A DNA stretch of 63,245 nucleotides, counting the filler, from Lenisia limosa (Eukaryota; Protista; Breviatea), in assembly GCA_001655205.1 (NCBI GenBank). It is 10 parts of 10 records of this genome, joined end to end, with 100 filler letters (N's around TTAATTAATTAA, not from the genome) between each part and the next. Parts side by side here need not be neighbours in the genome. Positions count along the whole stretch, not along the records: positions 50,501 to 51,608 come from LPNZ01006772.1; positions 51,709 to 58,804 come from LPNZ01003147.1; positions 58,905 to 63,245 come from LPNZ01008154.1; 7 more parts are not named here. One strand, written 5' to 3'. Shown here piece by piece: positions 50,522 through 62,200 of the stretch. The position numbers and the translations under genes are program-made. Below the pieces are notes generated by a model. It ran no database searches and was not told the origin of the DNA. It was given only the letters and a program-made list of their open reading frames with translations. Within the stretch, counting starts at the first letter, position 1, and each line of letters opens with the position of its first letter.

Positions 50522-51420
50522 AGCCCAACGCCGCCGGAAGCGGATGTGTCAATTGTGGTTCCGGCAAGTTTCGGTCCGCTTCGGAAGCCACGTGTCAGTT
50601 CTGTGCCGACGGCTCTTACTCCGTGTCGGCCACGGCTACGTCATGCACAACTTGCCCACAGGTTGGCTTTTCTGCCACGTTCATCTCACGTGTTCACTCA
50701 AATATGTCAGTATTGCTCCCTTTATCTTATCGTAAGTAGTACCCCCTCCCCTCCCCAGAAGCGACTGGCCTGGGCTTTGTTTATTTTNNNNNNNNNNNNN
50801 NNNNNNNNNNNNNNNNNNNNNNNNNNNNNNNNNNNNNNNNNNNNNNNNNNNNNNNNNNNNNNNNNNNNNNNNNNNNNNNNNNNNNGTGCCCTTCCCAGGC
50901 ACGATCGTAGAGGGCGGAACGTCAGTGGCAGATTGCGCCTGTAAATTCGGCTACTACGGGCCTGTGGGTGACAGCACAACCTGCACTATTTGTCCGGGTG
51001 GGGGGTGGGTAAAGAAGGGGGAAGTTGAGAGAAGACCGATTTTCCCAATAAATCTTCAAGATTATCATTATTTTATTAGTATTTTTCGGACAAAGATAAC
51101 ACTACGAGTTAGGAGTTGTCCACCCCCTTGCTTCGGCCACTCTGCATTAGTTCTCTTTTTACATTCTATGCTTGAGTGGCTCCCTAATCAGACCCCCATC
51201 TAAAACGAAGGCAATTTCGATGAAAATGGTGTAGAGGTCTCACCCTCCAGACGGACAGTACTGCAAAACAGGAGCCCTGGAGCCCTCTTGTGACCCCGGC
51301 TTCTACGGCCCCCCGCCAGACGGCTGTCTACCCTGTCCTTGGGGAGGGAAATGCGAGGGGACCGTCAATCCTGAAGCCCTGCTCGGATACTTCAAAATCG
51401 TGGGGGAAGTGGACTGGCCT
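50522..51420 (+). CDS. Cys-rich surface protein fragment (GCC2_GCC3/ephrin-receptor-like repeats)
   Basis: CVNCGSGKF...CQFCADGSYS..ATSCTTCP|; GTSVADCACKFGYYG...CTICP|; CDPGFYGPPPDGCLPCPWGGKC. Confidence 0.82.
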
Positions 51421-51608
51421 GGGTTTTGTTTGTTTTGCTGTTTCAAACGCTCGTGTGTGTGTGTCAGAGCCACCAGAGTTGTTTCCCACAGTTGTACTCC
51501 TTCATCATCGCTTTCTTTTACCTCTCATCACTACCCACTTAGCCATCACCCAAATCCGGCGTAAAATTCGCAATAACACCCCCAGCTAATTATTATCAAT
51601 TGTCCATT

Positions 51609-51708
51609 NNNNNNNNNNNNNNNNNNNNNNNNNNNNNNNNNNNNNNNNNNNNTTAATTAATTAANNNNNNNNNNNNNNNNNNNNNNNNNNNNNNNNNNNN
51701 NNNNNNNN
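51609..51708. other. Artificial scaffold linker
   Basis: 44N-TTAATTAATTAA-44N. Confidence 0.97.
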
Positions 51709-51739
51709 CAGTCCTCTCTGGCTAAAAAGAGTTAATACA

Positions 51740-52400
51740 TCAAAACACACAAACCTGGCATTGCCGTTGTCTATCTGGTTCCATTTTAGATTTATCAATG
51801 GCCTCTTTTTTGATGTTGAAGGCCGTGGTCCTCTTAATTTTTATTGACTTATTTCTTGCTAATCTCTCGACAATTCCAGAATCCATTGTAATTCCTCTCT
51901 AAAACTATTATAAAACAATACCGCAAACCGAATGCAGACGCTGAACATCTCTGCTGACTGATTCCTTAAGCTTTTTGCTGGTTTTAGGACCTGGGCGGTC
52001 TATCCTCAATTTAGAATTTCCTGTAACAATTAAGATAATCAAATGTCCTTACCAGCACAGTGCCTCTTCCAAGCCTTTGTCAAAGTTGTAATTGGAATAT
52101 CAGGCTGTGTGGCACCTTCAACCTCTCCATGTCTGATAGGTGGAATGTACTTTGCATATTTTTTGAAGACAAACTTTTTCTGATTATAGTTATAACAGTA
52201 AGGAATAAACGCAACACAAAATCTAGCCAACGTACTCCTGTTGATTCTGCAATGGCCTTGTCAGCCTCAATTTGTTCACATTGCCAACGAAGGTAGATCT
52301 CCTTGAGGTCATTGGGCATATTTTGATAAAAGTCGTACTGACCACATGTCTGGTCGAGGCGCCCTGTGTCAGGCATTGTAATGAAAACTTGAATATGTCT
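51740..52400 (-). CDS. Unassigned spliced coding fragment (possibly transposase-related)
   Basis: MPDTGRLDQTCGQYDFYQNMPNDLKEIYLRWQCEQ; PITTLTKAWKRHCA|GNSKLRIDRPG..., with gt/ag boundaries; identity not established. Confidence 0.35.
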
Positions 52401-53152
52401 TCAGAATCTTGTTTTCAGAATCGTGTTCTCGGTTATTTTGCGTTTTTAAAGGTGCTACGATGTAATATATCTTAAAATTGGTAAATACATATATGACGAA
52501 AATCCTTAAAACTTAAAAAGAGGGTCTGAAAAAAAAAAAACTGCACAAAGAGGGGNNNNNNNNNNACAATCTGTTACGATTTTAGACACTTTTTTTTTGA
52601 TGGATTTTTTTTTTCTTTTTCTCCAAAAAAAACCCGAGTTCTTTTGCTATCGTTGTTTATGTTCCTCTTTTACTAAAATAAAACTATCATTAAACACACT
52701 ACTGCATTTAAGATTCTTTTTCCGTCGGTATATGATTGCTCACATTCCCTCGGCGCAGGTTTCTCGGGAACATGGCATAACACATCCACAGTAAAAATGA
52801 CATTTAAAAATTCCCATGTATTTATGATAGCTCAAATCCCCTCGACACAGACCCTCGGAGATACCGCATAACATATTTTAGTTCCCTTTCTCCGTCCCTT
52901 ATTACACCCCCCCCCCCCTTTNNNNNNNNNNATCATTAATTGATACATTTACATTCTTGTCCTTAAAAAAATGTATTTCATTGATAGATATTTGTATTAT
53001 ACCGGTCTTTTTCTGACCTGAGTGAAGCCTTTGTTGGTGTCATATATTGTTGACTGGGATAATAAATTTTTTGTTGTATCATACTTATTATGACAAAATC
53101 GTTAGCAATATCAAGTAATATTGAAAAGAAAAAAAGAAAAAAAAAGGGCCGA

Positions 53153-53201
53153 TGTTCACGGCCAGGTTATGTTCACGGTCAGGTTAGTGTTCACGGTCAA
53201 G
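53153..53201. repeat. 17-bp tandem motif x3 (tgttcacggtcaggtta)
   Basis: Direct inspection; lies immediately left of element B copy 2. Confidence 0.85.
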
Positions 53202-53221
53202 TGACGTACCTTATATGTATT

Positions 53222-53852
53222 GTCAAAGCTCCAGACATCATTCAAAATTCACCGGACACATCAAAACTCCCGGACAGCTTGAGTTTTCCATATAAATTAA
53301 TCATAAACCCTATTTCCCTTTTGTTTTCGAAAGTAATCTCAATCTTAATCAAAGATGAAACGCCAATTTCACATTTTTTCGGGTAAAACCAAATTAAGTG
53401 CCTAAGCTCTCTGTTTAAGGCCCAAATACTGTCAAAAACACATAAAATCGTTATAGAAGACATATTCAAGGAATAAATGGCAACTTAGTGCTATTTTGAG
53501 CATTTTTCTCTCAAAATTCCCCATTACATAACCAAAGCAAAGGGGAACCCAGAACCAATTACTCCAATGGGTGCAAATTTTTGTTTCTTAACACTAAAAG
53601 AGGGTTCAGAAAAAAAGCCTGTGAAAAGGCAAAAGGGGGGGACGGACCCCCGGGAGACCAGATTCACGGATGTTTGACATTTGCTCAAAATTAAAAAAAA
53701 AAGTTGGGGAACATTAGTAGGTCCATTTCTCAATGTATCTGTCGAAGTAGTTTTTCAAAAAACACTAACAATGGCCTCTATAAGGTGTCAACTTCAAGCT
53801 GTTTGATGTGTCCGGTGAATTTTGAATGATGTCCGGAGCTTTGAGGACCCAC
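53222..53852 (-). mobile_element. Element family B copy 2 (631 bp, inverted relative to copy 1)
   Basis: 53222-53350 matches the reverse complement of about 19170-19308, and 53770-53852 matches the reverse complement of about 18909-19000. It carries about 230 bp of extra internal sequence. Confidence 0.9.
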
Positions 53853-53884
53853 ACTATATATCGATATATATATAAGTGGCCGAG

Positions 53885-53923
53885 TTTGGCCTTGACCGCG
53901 TATTTGGCCTTGACCGCGTATTT
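53885..53923. repeat. 18-bp tandem motif x2+ (tttggccttgaccgcgta), running into a gap
   Basis: Direct inspection; lies right of element B copy 2. Confidence 0.85.
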
Positions 53924-54937
53924 NNNNNNNNNNGATCATGATATTAGCATGAAATCTGATACTTGCTGAAAATACGGTTAAAATATGGTCGTTTTTTTAA
54001 AAATATGACAAATTAACCAAAAAAATGACATTTCCAATTTCCCTTGGATATCTGATATGATAAATGAGATGATAACATTTTGCCATTGCCATTCAATATA
54101 ACTCACTGTATTCATATAGTATCTCATATATCATAAATCAAATATAATAATAATTATATCTTTTTATGGGAGGGGGGGATGGTAGTACGCCAAAAATGCC
54201 AAAATAAAACAACAGCAGCAAAAACTAACCTATTTCAAACAAAGAAGACAAGGACTTATTCAAATGCATCAATGAAGGTGGTGATGGGGTCTGTTGTAAA
54301 AAACTTCTTGGATCCACATGAAAGTCAACTAGGCGCAGCACAACCTTAAATGGCAAAGTAAATAATAAAATCGAATAAAATGGTGTAATTTGAAATTATT
54401 TACAACAGAGTGTTCTTCGCACAAAAATTCAAAGAATATTTCATATCATTGTATGATATTAAATTGGGTTACAAACTCATTTACATTCACCTTCTCAAGG
54501 TAAGCGATAACGGCATGTTTTCGGCACACTGAGGTGAAAAACGTTTAACCTGTCCAGGTTCGTGGCTAGCAATGCCCGCTGAGAATATTGTTAAGGATTG
54601 GAGATTGTTTTCTGTTTTGCCTTTTGAATAATTAGGTTTTGAAAATATTGAAGTTTGAACATCAATCCAATCACAAATGTTGATCAAACAACCTCCTTCC
54701 TCATTACGTACTAACGGGGGAGATAATGACACCCACAACAAAAAACAACCAATCCAAAAAAAAAAGGGTATGCATGAAATGGTCAGCTGGCCATCAGAAT
54801 TCTACCAGATTCTATCAGGATTCTATGATGAATTAGAGACTATTTCAAAGTTCAGTTCACTTTTATTTAAGTGAAATCCCCATTTCACAGAAAACCTCTA
54901 AATCCATTGTCGACACTTTTTACTATTTGTGTCAACA

Positions 54938-56395
54938 ATGGTCGCTGGAACCACTCGTTCCTCCACGAAGAAGAGGATCGCATCCACACCTCTTCCTAAC
55001 TGTCGCCACCTGAGAGTTACCAAGACCCTGCTCGTCAAGGGCAAGACGTTCTCTGCCGTTATCAAGTCCGACGATGAGTCCGACATTGACATCAGGCTTG
55101 AGGAGGACTTCCCTTTCACTCCTATCCCTAAGAGATCAGTTTTGCTTCTACTACAAATATATATATGCTCACGCTCCTAATGCTCCGTTTTTTATTCAAA
55201 AACTCCGTTTTTTATTGTTGTTCTTCATATTGTGTAGCTTTCCCATTGGAAATTCATAANNNNNNNNNNNNNNNNNNNNNNNNNNNNNNNNNNNNNNNNN
55301 NNNNNNNNNNNNNNNNNNNNNNNNNNNNNNNNNNNNNNNNNNNNNNNNNNNNNNNNNNNNNNNNNNNNNNNNNNNNNNNNNNNNNNNNNNNNNNNNNNNN
55401 NNNNNNNNNNNNNNNNNNNNNNNNNNNNNNNNNNNNNNNNNNNNNNNNNNNNNNNNNNNNNNNNNNNNNNNNNNNNNNNNNNNNNNNNNNNNNNNNNNNN
55501 NNNNNNNNNNNNNNNNNNNNNNNNNNNNNNNNNNNNNNNNNNNNNNNNNNNNNNNNNNNNNNNNNNNNNNNNNNNNNNNNNNNNNNNNNNNNNNNNNNNN
55601 NNNNNNNNNNNNNNNNNNNNNNNNNNNNNNNNNNNNNNNNNNNNNNNNNNNNNNNNNNNNNNNNNNNNNNNNNNNNNNNNNNNNNNNNNNNNNNNNNGTA
55701 CATGTATAATATTGTATGTAATATTTCAACTTACACTTTAACTGTGTAGATAAGAGTGAAAGTAGACCCCAAGATTGTCAAGAAACAGATCCAATTGTAT
55801 GATCTCACTCTTGTGAGAAGGATTATGGGTGAAGAGAAGGAACCCTCAAAATTAGACAAGAACAGGCAGATGGCAACACAGGTCAGTGGTTTTCTTAATA
55901 TATATATGTGAAATAGTTCCCCACCTATGAGTGCTATTTTCTTGTTTCTGATTGAGTATATTTATCGTGTAAATTTTACAATTCTCTCAGTTTTCCCTTC
56001 AATAACTGTCTAGCCCGAGACAGTGCTTCAAATGGGCAGGCTCTTCAACAGTGGGAGAAGGATCTGGTCACATTGCCGTGAGGTTAACTCGAGGTCTGTC
56101 AACCAAGACATTATGCAGCGGGCGGGTATTCGCGCATTTCATGTTGCCTTAACGATGGAGGCCTTAGCCGCAAGAATAATAGAAGCATCAAGATACTGTA
56201 TGGATCAAGAATATTTGAAAGGTAGGTATGTGGGGCTCTCTTGTTTTTGTGGAAAGATGAATGGCCACAAGTGTGTATAGCTACTTAGCCTCAGAAGTAT
56301 TCCGCGAACCGATTGCTCAATTTTTTCAGCAGTTCGAGCGTGAAGCTCAGAAGTTTGGAAAGAGTTGGAAGCAGATCAATGCCCAGTGTGAAGAA
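54938..56395 (+). CDS. Unassigned multi-exon gene
   Basis: MVAGTTRSSTKKRIASTPLPNCRHLRVTKTLLVKGKTF...DFPFTPIPK; VDPKIVKKQIQLYDLTLVRRIMG; LLNFFQQFEREAQKFGKSWKQINAQCEE|, with canonical splice sites. 3' end unresolved. Confidence 0.55.
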
Positions 56396-56452
56396 GTATG
56401 TGATCTTGCTTCTCTACCATAATATATGTAAATATTACAATATAGGTTGGTG

Positions 56453-57380
56453 TTAAAAGCCGCGTAACATGATTAAAACCGCGAACAAGCCAAAAATCGA
56501 CATAAATCGCTTCAATAACACCCTTNNNNNNNNNNAAGACTATCAATAAGATTAAAACAAAGAAATTTTGAGCAAAAAGAAAAAAAAAAATGAGGAGATA
56601 AAAAATTCGATAAAAAAGATCTTTTGATTAGAATCGAACCCGGCCGGGGTCACCCAGTTTCTTTTACGCGAAAATATTTTTTGAAACCCCCCTCTTTCAG
56701 AATAATAGCATTTTGAGCCTTTTAAAGTCCCCCACTACAGAAACGCAGATTTTTAAGGAGAATTCGAATCTGAAGTCCATTTTTGGAGAAAATGTAGTGG
56801 TTTTGAGGTATTTAAGTCAACTTTTGTAACGGTTTTTTCAAGAATTTTCCTTGTTCAGTCTCTATAATAGAGCCAATGGACGAAATAGACGTCTGATTAA
56901 GGTATATACTGCGTCAATAACCCATTTGCCGTTCTGGAACGGCACAAAAGGTAAGAGTCAATTTTGCTTGAATATTAACATCTTCTATCATATTTTCGCC
57001 CATTTATGGGTAATTTACGCTCATTTTTTGCCCAATTTGTCTCGTATTCTCGACTTAAATGCCTCTAGGTTACTCAAGAGTGGAAAAAAAATCAAATTTG
57101 ATGGTGCAATAACGTCTTCACTTTATCGCAGGGACAATCGAGGCCATAATCAGTGTTTGTAATGAATTTCGCATAAAAAAATTGAAGTACCATGAAGGTG
57201 TTATTTTGCATGTATTGATACCCCAACCTATTCTTATGAATAAAACCCTGTATAAAGGAGTGTTTCGGGCGACAATTTGCAAAAAATGCGAAAGAGGCGT
57301 AAATAAGAAGCGTTTTGGCTCAAAAATTGAAAGAGAAGCCTCCTTCTTGTTCGCGGTTTTAATCATGTTCGCGGTTTTAA
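56453..57380. mobile_element. Putative non-autonomous TIR element, family D (~930 bp)
   Basis: Left ttaaaagccgcgtaacatgattaaaaccgcgaacaag versus right cttgttcgcggttttaatcatgttcgcggttttaa: a 24-bp perfect inverted core, with each arm made of two ~18-bp units. Confidence 0.65.
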
Positions 57381-57826
57381 TATATTACATGTTCAATTTA
57401 TGCTTAATTATGTGAGAAAGTCATATTTTCCGTTTTGGGTTCATTATTTCTCTCAAGAAAAAGAAGATTTTGTCGCTCTAATCGAATTATTGGAAGCATA
57501 AAACATCATTCACGGGACAAAGGAGATAAAGGGAAAGGGGATAAGAAGGGCGGCGGATATGGGGTGACCCGTAATAGGAATGTCATATATTACACAAAAC
57601 ACTGTATGTGGACATAATTCATATATATTTGCTTGTGGGAATAAGGAAAATATTATATTTTGACTCATTTTGTTCCCCACTTTTTTAGAGAATAAGTGTA
57701 GAAACCACCAAACGTAAAGTTTTAGAAAGAACAGATAAGAAACACATGGCCTTTGCTATGCATCATTGTATTTAGTATATCATATAAAATATATGTATAA
57801 TTGTTATCATGAATTGCTGTCTTCTT

Positions 57827-58438
57827 TCAAAATACAGAAACAACACACTGGAACGTGAAAAAAAAAAAAAAATCGTCGCCAACATCTTCTAAAGGTGCCC
57901 TGCATATTTCTGGTGTTGAAGTTGACAGAAAGCTGGAAAATTCCACTTCAGTGACAAAACGTAAGACTGTTCCTGAACATAATCGACCACATCGTCCCAT
58001 TCTTTGTCTAGCTGCATCAAGACAAATGAACTCCAAAAATAAATATATACACACAAATACCTCTTCAAGAGTAACTGACTGAGTTTCTGGATTCCATCGA
58101 ACCACTTTAGCCAAGCAAGTATCAATCACATAAGTAATATTTGATATTGTGAGTGTTGACTCAGCGAGGTTTGTAGCAAGTACCACTTTCTGCTTCTTTG
58201 AAGAAGTAGAAATACTGTTTGCTTGGTTTTCAACTGTGATCGTTGAATGTAACACTGAAACATCTTGAGTAGAATTGTCAATAATCAACTGATCGTAAAC
58301 TTCCTCAATTGATGCAATACCAGGCAAAAATACTAGAATACCATCATCACTTTTAGCGTTCTGTCCCAAAAATCTTATCATTTGGATCAATAATTCTTTT
58401 CTAGGTTGCGACAGATGTGGTCTTGCTGGAGCCTTCAA
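57827..58438 (-). CDS. DEAH/RHA-family RNA helicase C-terminal RecA domain fragment (DHX/TDRD9-like), apparently truncated
   Basis: GILVFLPGIASIEE; VLHSTI; VVLATNLAESTLTISNITYVIDTCLAK; AARQRMGRCGRLCSG; PEICRAPLED, followed shortly by a stop. Confidence 0.88.
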   Translation of the reverse strand: MKAPARPHLSQPRKELLIQMIRFLGQNAKSDDGILVFLPGIASIEEVYDQLIIDNSTQDVSVLHSTITVENQANSISTSSKKQKVVLATNLAESTLTISNITYVIDTCLAKVVRWNPETQSVTLEEVFVCIYLFLEFICLDAARQRMGRCGRLCSGTVLRFVTEVEFSSFLSTSTPEICRAPLEDVGDDFFFFFTFQCVVSVF

Positions 58439-58804
58439 AATCTATTCGATCAAAAAAAAAAAAACTCCTCAAATAGATATCATATGCTACATCATATTAC
58501 TGTAAATGACTACGAAATTCAAAACTCTGGGTTTTTTTTGACAATTTTAGTATTTTCCTTATTTGTGTTTTGAAATATAGTTTATAAGGTACAGAGATGA
58601 GAATTAAGACAAGCTTCGTTTTATTCTTGATAGCAACTAATTTACTTTTCAATCATAATACTAATAATAGGATCCTTTATGGCTCTATGATCTTATTTTC
58701 AACAGAGACTTAATCTCTATGATCTGAGACAATAGAGACTTCACTGCAAACACTTATCGCGGTCACTGACGTTTTAGTGTGGGCACTACCTAGTGGAAGT
58801 TCTG

Positions 58805-58904
58805 NNNNNNNNNNNNNNNNNNNNNNNNNNNNNNNNNNNNNNNNNNNNTTAATTAATTAANNNNNNNNNNNNNNNNNNNNNNNNNNNNNNNNNNNNNNNN
58901 NNNN
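58805..58904. other. Artificial scaffold linker
   Basis: 44N-TTAATTAATTAA-44N. Confidence 0.97.
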
Positions 58905-58948
58905 GCGATTTGTTGAGAGATCCAAGCCGCTAGCTTCTTCGGTATAAT

Positions 58949-59038
58949 GGGGTTCGAATAATACCGGTAAAATATCGATAATAGTTTTTGAAGAATTATC
59001 GAGAAATTCAGTCTTTTTTTCAAAACCGAAGTGAAGCC
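58949..59038. mobile_element. MITE family A copy (left end degenerate)
   Basis: ...aatatcgataatagtttttgaagaattatcgagaaattcagtcttttttcaaaaccgaagtgaagcc|TA. Confidence 0.78.
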
Positions 59039-59212
59039 TAAGTGGGGGTGGTAGAAATATAGTATTCAATATTGCTTTCACATTTATAATAAAGCAAATT
59101 AATAGTGTAAACAAGTTGCTATTATAATATCTGAAGATTAAAGCACCTTCTCAAAAGCACAAAATATTTACAAATTTTGAAAAAAAAATATATGCATATC
59201 AATTTTCCTGAA

Positions 59213-62200
59213 ATGGTGAGTTGTAGAAGGTGAAATCACCCACGCAAATTCACTTTTTAGGTGGACTCGGAAGTCCGATTGACCCCGAGGACCACAATTG
59301 AACTGCTTTTTTCCGGAGTTGAATGCAAAACAGAGAAGAAAAAGGCGGAAAAGAAGAGCAACGAAAATGAAAAAGACAATGATGATGGAGAAGAAGAGGA
59401 AGAGGAAGAGGAAGAAGCGGACGGAGAGGGAGAGGAGGAAGGAGAAGAAGAGGAGGAGGAGGAAGAAGAAGAAGAAGAAGAAAATGATGTAGAGGAGTTG
59501 GATGCTGGAGTGGACAACTATTGGGGGAAAACCTGGAACGAAGAAGTGTCACAGGTTAGTGTTGATGGATATCTCATCTTCCCCCCTCATCCTGCAAACG
59601 AGTTTATTTTGGGCTTTTTTTTAAAAAAAATCTGTTTCTTCGTTTTTACCCCCCCCCCCCCTAGGCTGATGCTCATACTCGTGACAAACTCCACACTGCA
59701 GGTGGGAAGGGATATTCATATTGATGATATATTGTATCAACTGTACCATATACACTGACTGTGGTAAATCACTTAGGAAATCAGTCAAAACTTATCCTGG
59801 TGTATCAAATTCGTTTTCATCCTTTTATTCTCCCGCACTCAGGAGTCCTGCAGAAGCACATGAAGGACCTCATGACCTCCATCATTACGCACGGATTCCC
59901 TGAGGCCCGCGCAATGCCGATCGCAGTAGATCGAATGCGGTAAGGACTTGATAGAAGGGGNNNNNNNNNNNNNNNNNNNNNNNNNNNNNNNNNNNNNNNN
60001 NNNNNNNNNNNNNNNNNNNNNNNNNNNNNNNNNNNNNNNNNNNNNNNNNNNNNNNNNNNNNNNNNNNNNNNNNNNNNNNNNNNNNNNNNNNNNNNNNNNN
60101 NNNNNNNNNNNNNNNNNNNNNNTGGAGAACGGCCTTGTCAATGAGCTGCTGTACCTCAAACAATGTTGGTTTGAAAGGAGGGTCAAAAATATTGGTTTGA
60201 AAGGAGTTTTGGAGAATTATACCCTTTTGACAATATCGAATTTCATGTCTCTTGCGTTATCAGCCAACAGAGTAGATTTTGGGCTTTGTTTTTTGTGATA
60301 TTAACCTCACAAATGAAAAAAAAACATTAAGCAAATATCCACACAACCTGCCATCAAATGATTCCCTCCGCAGCTGGCTGGCCAGTTGGACAAGGCCTTA
60401 ATATGGACGGTGTCCTCAACGACCTCGAGAAGAAGGATGACAAGTTCTGGATTGTAGGGAGGCTGGATTGAAGACAGACTTATGTCACATTTTGCCTTGA
60501 TTTGATCGTATCTTCTTGAGGATGCACTTTGGTTCGAAAAAGTCCTGTAGTATGTATAGTTTTTGTTCATAAAATGTCCAATTTTACTCCCCCTAGGACC
60601 TGATTGAATCCGTCTTCATTTCAGCTCCATGTGTCGAAGTCATTGCACTTCCAAGCCCGACTCTCTCCGATAAACTTGCCGCTGGGATTAAGAAGGCTGA
60701 TGTGAAGAGGAAGAAGAAGCTTGGTGTGTTTCCCAAATTCTAGTCTAGCAAGTTGATTCTGGGTTTTAATTATTTTTGTTTCATAACTAGGGATTCCCTA
60801 CGGTCCAAAAAAGACCGTTAATATATCGATATTTATCGAGGTTTTATCCAGAATTTCTGTCTTTTTTGGGATCGAAGGGAAGCCCTACTCATAACTTTTC
60901 CATTTTTACCCACTAGGAAAAACAGGGCTTGCTAAGAAGAAAGAGGAACTCGTGGTATGGGGGGGGGGGGGGGGNNNNNNNNNNNNNNNNNNNNNNNNNN
61001 NNNNNNNNNNNNNNNNNNNNNNNNNNNNNNNNNNNNNNNNNNNNNNNNNNNNNNNTTGCTGAGAGTAAATAAAGCGATATTTCGCTTGTTTCTTTGTTGG
61101 CTAGGACTGTGTTGGGCTTTGTTTTGTTTTGTTGTTTTCAACCTTAGTGTGTTGTCAGCCAACACCGAGTTGATTTGGGCTTTTTTCTTTCAGAAATTTT
61201 CCAATTTACCCCCCGCCCTCGAGGCGAAGCTGATATCCATGCCTCTCCCATATGTGATAGTAATAACACTAGTAGTATCATGCCATATCATATGCATATT
61301 GTATAATAGATAGAATATATCATATAATATTGTCATATTAATATATATGATATATGATATAACCTAGACCCACCCAGCATTATATAACCCCCCAGACGGC
61401 GGTTGAGGCGTCCAAACCGGCAGTGACGGAGGCAATGCTGACATCCATGCCCGGCCCGGAACATCCCTCAAATATTCCGACTTATCCTGTGGGAATTGTT
61501 TTTAATATTTTGGAGAAGAAGGTTAAAGGGGCTATTTATATCCGTATGTATCATTAGTCGACTACAGGATTGTTTTTTTTTTGTTCCAAGCCAAACTATT
61601 ACACAAATACATGTTTTTATTGAACAACCCCAAAAAGCAAGGGGGGAGGGGAGCAGTGAAGTCTCTATTGAAATTGGATCATTGACATCTGATGGTGGAT
61701 CTGTACCATTGTTTGAAGAGGTCCTCTTGAACGACCTTTGATTTTGGGGTCTTTTTTTTTTGTTTCATAATTTTTGATGGGATGTGGTGCTGCAGAAGCG
61801 ACTGGCNNNNNNNNNNNNNNNNNNNNNNNNNNNNNNNNNNNNNNNNNNNNNNNNNNNNNNNNNNNNNNNNNAGCTTTTTTGTTTCCTAAATATCCTTTGT
61901 TTTACCCGTTCCCCTCCCCCAGATCAGCAGCAAGTTGCACCCAGGTACCACAGCCTTTCCCATCACCGTTAAGGAAACTCACGCTCCTACCAACTTCTTC
62001 CACATCAAGACCATCATGTGGGATTAACCACCACTTATCTGCAATTATCATAAACTGTCTGACGTTATTAGGCACACATCCGCCTTCCCCGAACATTTGA
62101 GACCCTATTTGGTTCTTTATCAGGTTTGAGGGTATTATCAGGTTTGGTGAAGACTATTCATGAATATCATCATTATTATTGTTATTATATTATTATTATT

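Noticed and set aside
59250-59552. Long Ser-rich and Leu/Pro-rich ORFs on the minus strand
   Set aside because: They are antisense shadows of the purine-rich poly-Glu coding tract.
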